A stretch of 64,000 bases of DNA from Pocillopora damicornis (taxonomy: Eukaryota), in the NCBI RefSeq assembly GCF_003704095.1, contig NW_020845755.1:1-64000 (forward strand), given 5' to 3'. Position 1 is the first letter of the stretch; every line of letters starts with the position of its first letter. The position numbers and the translations under genes were made by a program. This document shows positions 58,793 through 64,000 of this stretch, piece by piece. The notes beneath the pieces are model-generated. The model saw nothing but the letters and a program-made list of their open reading frames with translations. It did not search any database and was not told the origin of the DNA.

Positions 58793-61700
58793 GTAAGGAA
58801 TTTGTCCTTTTTTAAATAAAGACAGACGACAAACGCAAAATTTGGAGAAAAGAAAAGCACGATGAGTGAATAAGCACACTAATATATAATCTTGCTTAAA
58901 TTTGATACAGCTGTGCGCTATAAGAACGATAAAACAAATCATTCCATGTATTTTAATTGATGTACGTGGGATTCAGTTTCACTCCTTATCAACCTCGCAC
59001 ACGCAAGAATCTAAGCCATTAAAATAGTTCTATATTTTCTCGATGTAACACAAAGTCTGGAATAAACGATGGGTCTTCAGGCAGTCAGTTTACCTCTTTA
59101 CCTATGCCGGTAAGCTTACATAGCTTACTGCTAACTAAGATTCCCTGGGTTAAGACTCTTACAATATCTGGGCTCCAATAATATTGATCAAAAACCTCTT
59201 TTAAGGTCATATTTGTAGTAAAACAAGGGACTCTTCATTTACTTAAGTAACAACAGGAGGCAAATCACGCCTGAAGCTGTTTCACGAATCACGTTTGCCT
59301 TCTGTAAAATTCATACGTCACATATTAATTTTGGCCTCAATCACGCGTTTCTATGAAACCCTTTGGCACCCTCTTAGAATGGTATGGGGTGTTGATCTTT
59401 TTTAATATTTGTTTGGTCTCCTTTTTTTACCATAAAAATGCAATGCCTACACGTGTGGGGGCAAATTCGTAAATTTGCATGCATGGAGTAAATTTTATGT
59501 GATGTCGCATGAGCTACAATTTGAAAGACATCTTTAAACCTTTATATTTCCAGAAGAACTAACTGTCCATGTTTGTGTAACATATTGATCTCCTGTAATT
59601 AACATAATGCCGCGTTTTGGTCGAAGGGAGAACAATTATTTTCGGCCATGTTTCTTGTGTGAGGGAGGTGGAGTAGCATGTTTTCGAATGTTATCTTTGT
59701 CATTTTTCGTTCGCAATATATGTTTTGTTGTTGCCACCACGCTTTTTCTCATAAGTTTTTTTTGGCTGGGGAAAAATAGCGTTATTCAAAACTCATAAAA
59801 ATCTAAAATTTCCCATTTGATAATCTATTGTTTTGGAAATTGAGCTTTAGGGATTACACGCACTTCCACTCAATAAGTCACTTTATTGTATCTCTCAGTT
59901 AGTAAGTGCGCCATGATTGAGCTATTTAATGGGGCGTATTTCGCTGTACGGCCCACTAAATTAGAAAAATTTGTTTTGATCGCCAAAATGTCTCGTGAAG
60001 AAAAAATTGAAACACATTTAAAGGAAAAGTAAACAAACGATGAAAAAGCACAAACCTCAGAAGCAGATATCCCAGACTTTCGAGTTGATTTCTTCGAGAT
60101 TTTGGCAGATGACAAGCGACAAATGAAAAATGCGAGGACGACAAAGATAACTTGATTCGAGAGCTAGATGATTTCATCGCCGCCGAAAGGTGCTCAAACA
60201 CTGTGAAAAGGGAAAAATACGATTGGGAAAAGTTTGAAGGGTTTTGCGAACAGTAGGTTGATGAAAATTTTTACGTAATGAACATACCTGTTGCTGCTCT
60301 CGACAAGCTCCTTGGCAAGTTCGTTAAAGATGTCCGCAAGCAAAATGGCGGCGAGTACGAACCAGACAGTATTTCAAGCTTTCAAAAACGCAAACTCGAG
60401 TAAACTTCGTCTAACGTGTCCTTCTCTATTTGCCACCCGTCTTCCTTCAAAATCCCTACAAAATAGGTTCGGCTTCCAAAAGATGCCACATCCTTTTTCT
60501 TCGCGTCAACAAACATCGGCTTAATCTCCAATGCAATAGTGTCCTTAATATTGTTCAGTCTGCACTGAGTGATCCACCTGGGAACCTTCCATGAAAACGC
60601 CGCAAACACCAAAAAGTTGGATGCTAATCGATGAAAAGATTCTTGTGTTGTTTTCAATCGTATTGATAAAATTCATTCATTTATTCATTTGCCGTTAACA
60701 TTGAAAAAAGTTAGCCGTTCGCACTTTCTACGAAGAAACACGTTGTGCCTTGTAGATATCGAGTATTTTGAAAAAAACTCTCGACAAAAGAGTTACTTGA
60801 ACAACATTGTATCAGTTCCTTGTAGAAAACCTTTGTATACTTGAACAATTCTTTTCATGAAGTTTGCTTCATTTAGAACTATGGATATGAAACGATTATT
60901 TTAAACTTTTGACGACTCAAAGTCCAGTTTTTAAAAGCCAATAAAATGCTCTTGTAATCATTAATGGCCGTTCCGCTCGAGTTGAAATCTTTTCCCTTCT
61001 CTGTTTGAAGCAAAATACATAATAAAGATCTTACTGACCTCATTTTTCTCCGTACTGTAAGTTACGTAAACTCGTGTTTTCCGCTCGATTTATGGCCCGC
61101 GCGCTTCGCGCTTGGGCCATAAATCCGAGCGGAAAAAACACGGTCTGCAACTTAAAGTAGAGCCCTCGAACTCGGTAAATAAGAGGTATTTTTGCCCGTT
61201 TTTTGACTCGGAATGGCTCTTTGAGGAAATTCAATATGCTAATGTGCCCGTCACTCACTTAATTGCAATAAGTCGGCTGTAAACTCGAGAGAGTCCGCTG
61301 CACGATATCTTTTATTCGCTTTCTTTTTATTGTCTGATCGACCCATCCACTTCGACGGTAGGGAAGGCGATGGCAGACAAAACAAATTAGGAAGAATGCC
61401 TGATGAAAATTTCGACAATCTTGCACACCCTCCTGGCAACCTTACAGATGTAGGCATGAGTCATTTTTAAATTCACCTTTGTTTCAAACAAAAGAACAAA
61501 AAAACAAAAAAACACCTCTTTGATTTTTATGATAGTATACCAAGGCTACAACACCAAATGTTTATCGGAACTGTTTGAAATCTTTGGGTGGAGCAATTTC
61601 ATCATAACCATAACTTTGTAATCCCATATTTTGTTATTTTCTCTTTGCTTCAGCAATAAGTATTTCATGAGGTGGTAAAGGTGTAAGATTGAAGCTGATG

Positions 61701-63829
61701 AAATGCAGTTGAAGTCCACCGTTTAGACACTACATGATTGGCATTGACCATTTTCGCATTGATCATTTTTCTTTGACAAAGTCCTCTCTTTATCGACCAG
61801 CGCTGTCACCCTTAAGATTGGAAGAACATGGGTCATCATAAATATGGCGAAGAGGAATCGTTTTATTTCCCACGTGTCTTTCCACGGTGAAATAACCCCG
61901 AAATAAATCCATTTTCACCCCTTTCCCCCCTCACAATCCGGGTTACAAATTTACAACAAATGTAAACAAATTCTGCCCTTTGCCCATGTGCGACATCTTC
62001 TACAAAGACATGCAGAAAGGATGTATATTTATTGATTGACTCTTTTCAAGACTTGCTGAATTCAGTTGACCCTTCAGTGGACCCTTGTACGGATTTCTAT
62101 CAGTACGCTTGTGGAGGATGGATGAAGAAGAACCCGAGGCCACTTACATCTAGAAAATGGGATCAGTTTGAGAAACTGACTGCAGAAAACAATGAAGTGC
62201 TCGAGAGACTACTTAAAAATAAAGAACTGAAAGCTAAATACTCTAAGGTAAGGCCAATACCAAACGATAAATTCTATCATCTTTCATTTTTGAAATTCAT
62301 ATATTTACACTGAGAGAGAGATTAAATTAAGAGATCCTCGCAGCTAAGAACACTACTGAAACGAGTAGTTGATAATGGGACCTGAAAAAAATTCAGGCCC
62401 GTACGGGATTTGAACCCATGACCTCTGCGATACCGGCGCAGCGCTCTACCAATTGAGCTAACAAGCCAACTGTGAGCTGGTCAAAGTGTTGGGTACAATT
62501 AAACCATCCAAGTGATGAATGATGATCAACTACTCGTTTCAGTTGTGTTCTTAGCTGCGAGGATCTCTTAATTTCATCTCTTCTCCGCAGTGGAAATATA
62601 TGAATTTCATATATCTAAAATCATCATTATCAACTACTCGTTGTAGTAGTGTCCTTAGCTGCGAGGATCTCTTAATTTCATCTCTTCACCGCAGTGCAAA
62701 TATATGAATTACATATATCTAAAATCGTCATGATCATAATATTTTAAGAAAGAGTGTCGAGCATGAATGAAAGTGATCCTCGTAGTAATGTGCACTATTT
62801 GGGCAGTAGTGAAAATATTGTATATAAATGATATCTCGGCTTCTTATTATCGCAAAATTGAGACACGTCTTACCAACTTCTGTTTCATCCATATCTTTCC
62901 TTTGGCCTTGTGGTCTGGGGCCGAACCTCAAAAACAAATCTGGAAAAAATTTTGATCCCTACGGAAAGAGCTCTACGCTTAATTTACTTCTCCAGCAATT
63001 TTGAGCATGCAATTCCAGCTAGAATCTGGGACAAATCCCCAAGTATTTGAAATCAAAACCAAAGGAATCATTCAAAGAAAACCTTCAGACTGAATCGTTG
63101 CAGATTTTAGAGCGTGAGGGGGTTTATGCTGATGTGTATAATATTTCTGATTAATCATTCCTTAATCAGAAGCCTAATGTTTTTCTATTTTAAACTACAT
63201 CTATTCGCCTTCTTATTTAATTCCTTTCTTTTATATGTAATGATCTTGTCCTCTCGTTATGTGTTAATTTTCTAGCAGATATGTATATGTTTTCCCATAT
63301 TTATCATTTCATGTTGTATATATATGGAGTCTACACCGCCTAGAGTAGCTATGCTATTTGCGGTGTACAGTTACCTCTCTTTCATTAGTAATTTTCATTA
63401 ATTAATAAACAGTAAGTCTGCCTCCACCAACTTGTCACCAGGCAAAATACATAGTTTTTGTTGCGCAAATTTCTGGGTGAAGCAATATATAAGACTGGGG
63501 AACAGGAAGGAAATTTAAGAAACTAACTGATCGAAGCAAACAAGTGTCCTGTGTTCATTCAATTATTTCAGGAGGAGGCGGTTTGGAAGGCTCTGGCATA
63601 TTATGATTCGTGCATGGATGTTGCCGCGATCGAGCGACTGAAGGGCGAACCCCTTGAGTTGCTTATCAAGGAATATGGCTCGTGGAGCATCACAGATACT
63701 AACTGGGAAGAAGAAGAATGGGACTTGATATCTCATCTTGCGAGGATTCATAAAGATTTAGTTGTACCAGTTTTGTTTTCCATGACTGTTTCGATTGATA
63801 ACAAAAACAGCTCACACAATGCAATTACG
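58489..63829 (+). CDS. second M13 metallopeptidase (ECE/neprilysin-like) paralog, exons 1-3 only, continues beyond window
   Basis: Exon 58489-58792: MESVYV...TM FLILTIALLIVCCLVLLNLYL...CWTTDCLHAVS, G|GTAAGG. Exon 62051-62247: LLNSVDPSVDPCTDFYQYACGGW. Exon 63572-63829: EEAVWKALAYYDSCMD...AIT|GTAAGT. Confidence 0.9.
59980..61180 (+). mobile_element. internally deleted Crypton-like element (DUF3504/KIAA1958-like N-terminal remnant plus palindromic end)
   Basis: ELDDFIAAERCSNTVK...LDKLLGKFVKDVRKQNGGEYEPDSISSFQK; palindrome 61075-61142 centred on GCGCTTCGCGC. Confidence 0.6.
62051..62247 (+). CDS. M13 gene 2 exon 2
   Basis: VDPCTDFYQYACGGW; 197 nt, same as gene 1 exon 2. Confidence 0.93.
62395..62467 (-). 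repeat. tRNA-derived (Thr-like, GGT) SINE head / pseudo-tRNA inside inverted arms
   Basis: GGCTTGTTAGCTCAATTGGTAGAGCGCTGCGCCGGTATCGCAGAGGTCATGGGTTCAAATCCCGTACGGGCCT; A and B boxes present; C rather than U at position 33. Confidence 0.75.
63572..63829 (+). CDS. M13 gene 2 exon 3
   Basis: KALAYYDSCMD...GEPLELLIKEYGSW; 258 nt, same as gene 1 exon 3. Confidence 0.93.
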
Positions 63830-64000
63830 GTAAGTGGAATTACTTTCTAACAACATGATGTCCTCCGAGTTATCCACTTGTAATAGAGAGGAATTTTTTA
63901 AACGGGAAGATGGTCCTCACGATTTATAGAGTTCTGACTTAAAAGGTTTTCCCGATCCCTTTCCCCCCAAAGAGCTGATGCAGGAATTATGTTGTGAGGG

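Noticed and set aside
62395-62467. Functional tRNA-Thr(GGT) gene
   Set aside because: C at position 33, mismatched stems, a GGT anticodon that is rare in eukaryotes, and embedding in repeat arms all indicate SINE origin.

Overview
AT-rich, repeat-dense animal genomic DNA. The repeat families resemble those of anthozoans/stony corals (inference). There are two 100-N scaffold gaps. Most short ORFs in the supplied track are spurious. Host genes: (1) a complete 19-coding-exon M13 (neprilysin/endothelin-converting-enzyme family) metallopeptidase on the minus strand, 51492->6024. Splicing by hand gives 2334 nt / 777 aa with consistent GT-AG phases and intact VNAFY, HEITH, GENIAD and C-terminal CxxW motifs. 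(2) The first three exons of a head-to-head M13 paralog on the plus strand from 58489. The 14-kb intron 10 of gene 1 holds a decayed, internally deleted Polinton/Maverick (adintovirus-like) endogenous virus at 26283-34127. It is bounded by 128-bp inverted repeats and retains integrase, several small ORFs, packaging ATPase, protein-primed PolB and a probable capsid remnant. A THAP-Harbinger transposon and a young LINE are nested inside it. Gene 1 has an acidic residue at the neprilysin Trp693 (S1' pocket) position, which suggests altered specificity. The rest is TE debris: piggyBac, Crypton, BEL, Penelope with hammerhead-like motifs, a DIRS-like element, CR1/L2, MITEs and a tRNA-derived fold-back. 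Many unrelated palindromic repeats share a C-GNA-G mini-hairpin apex.
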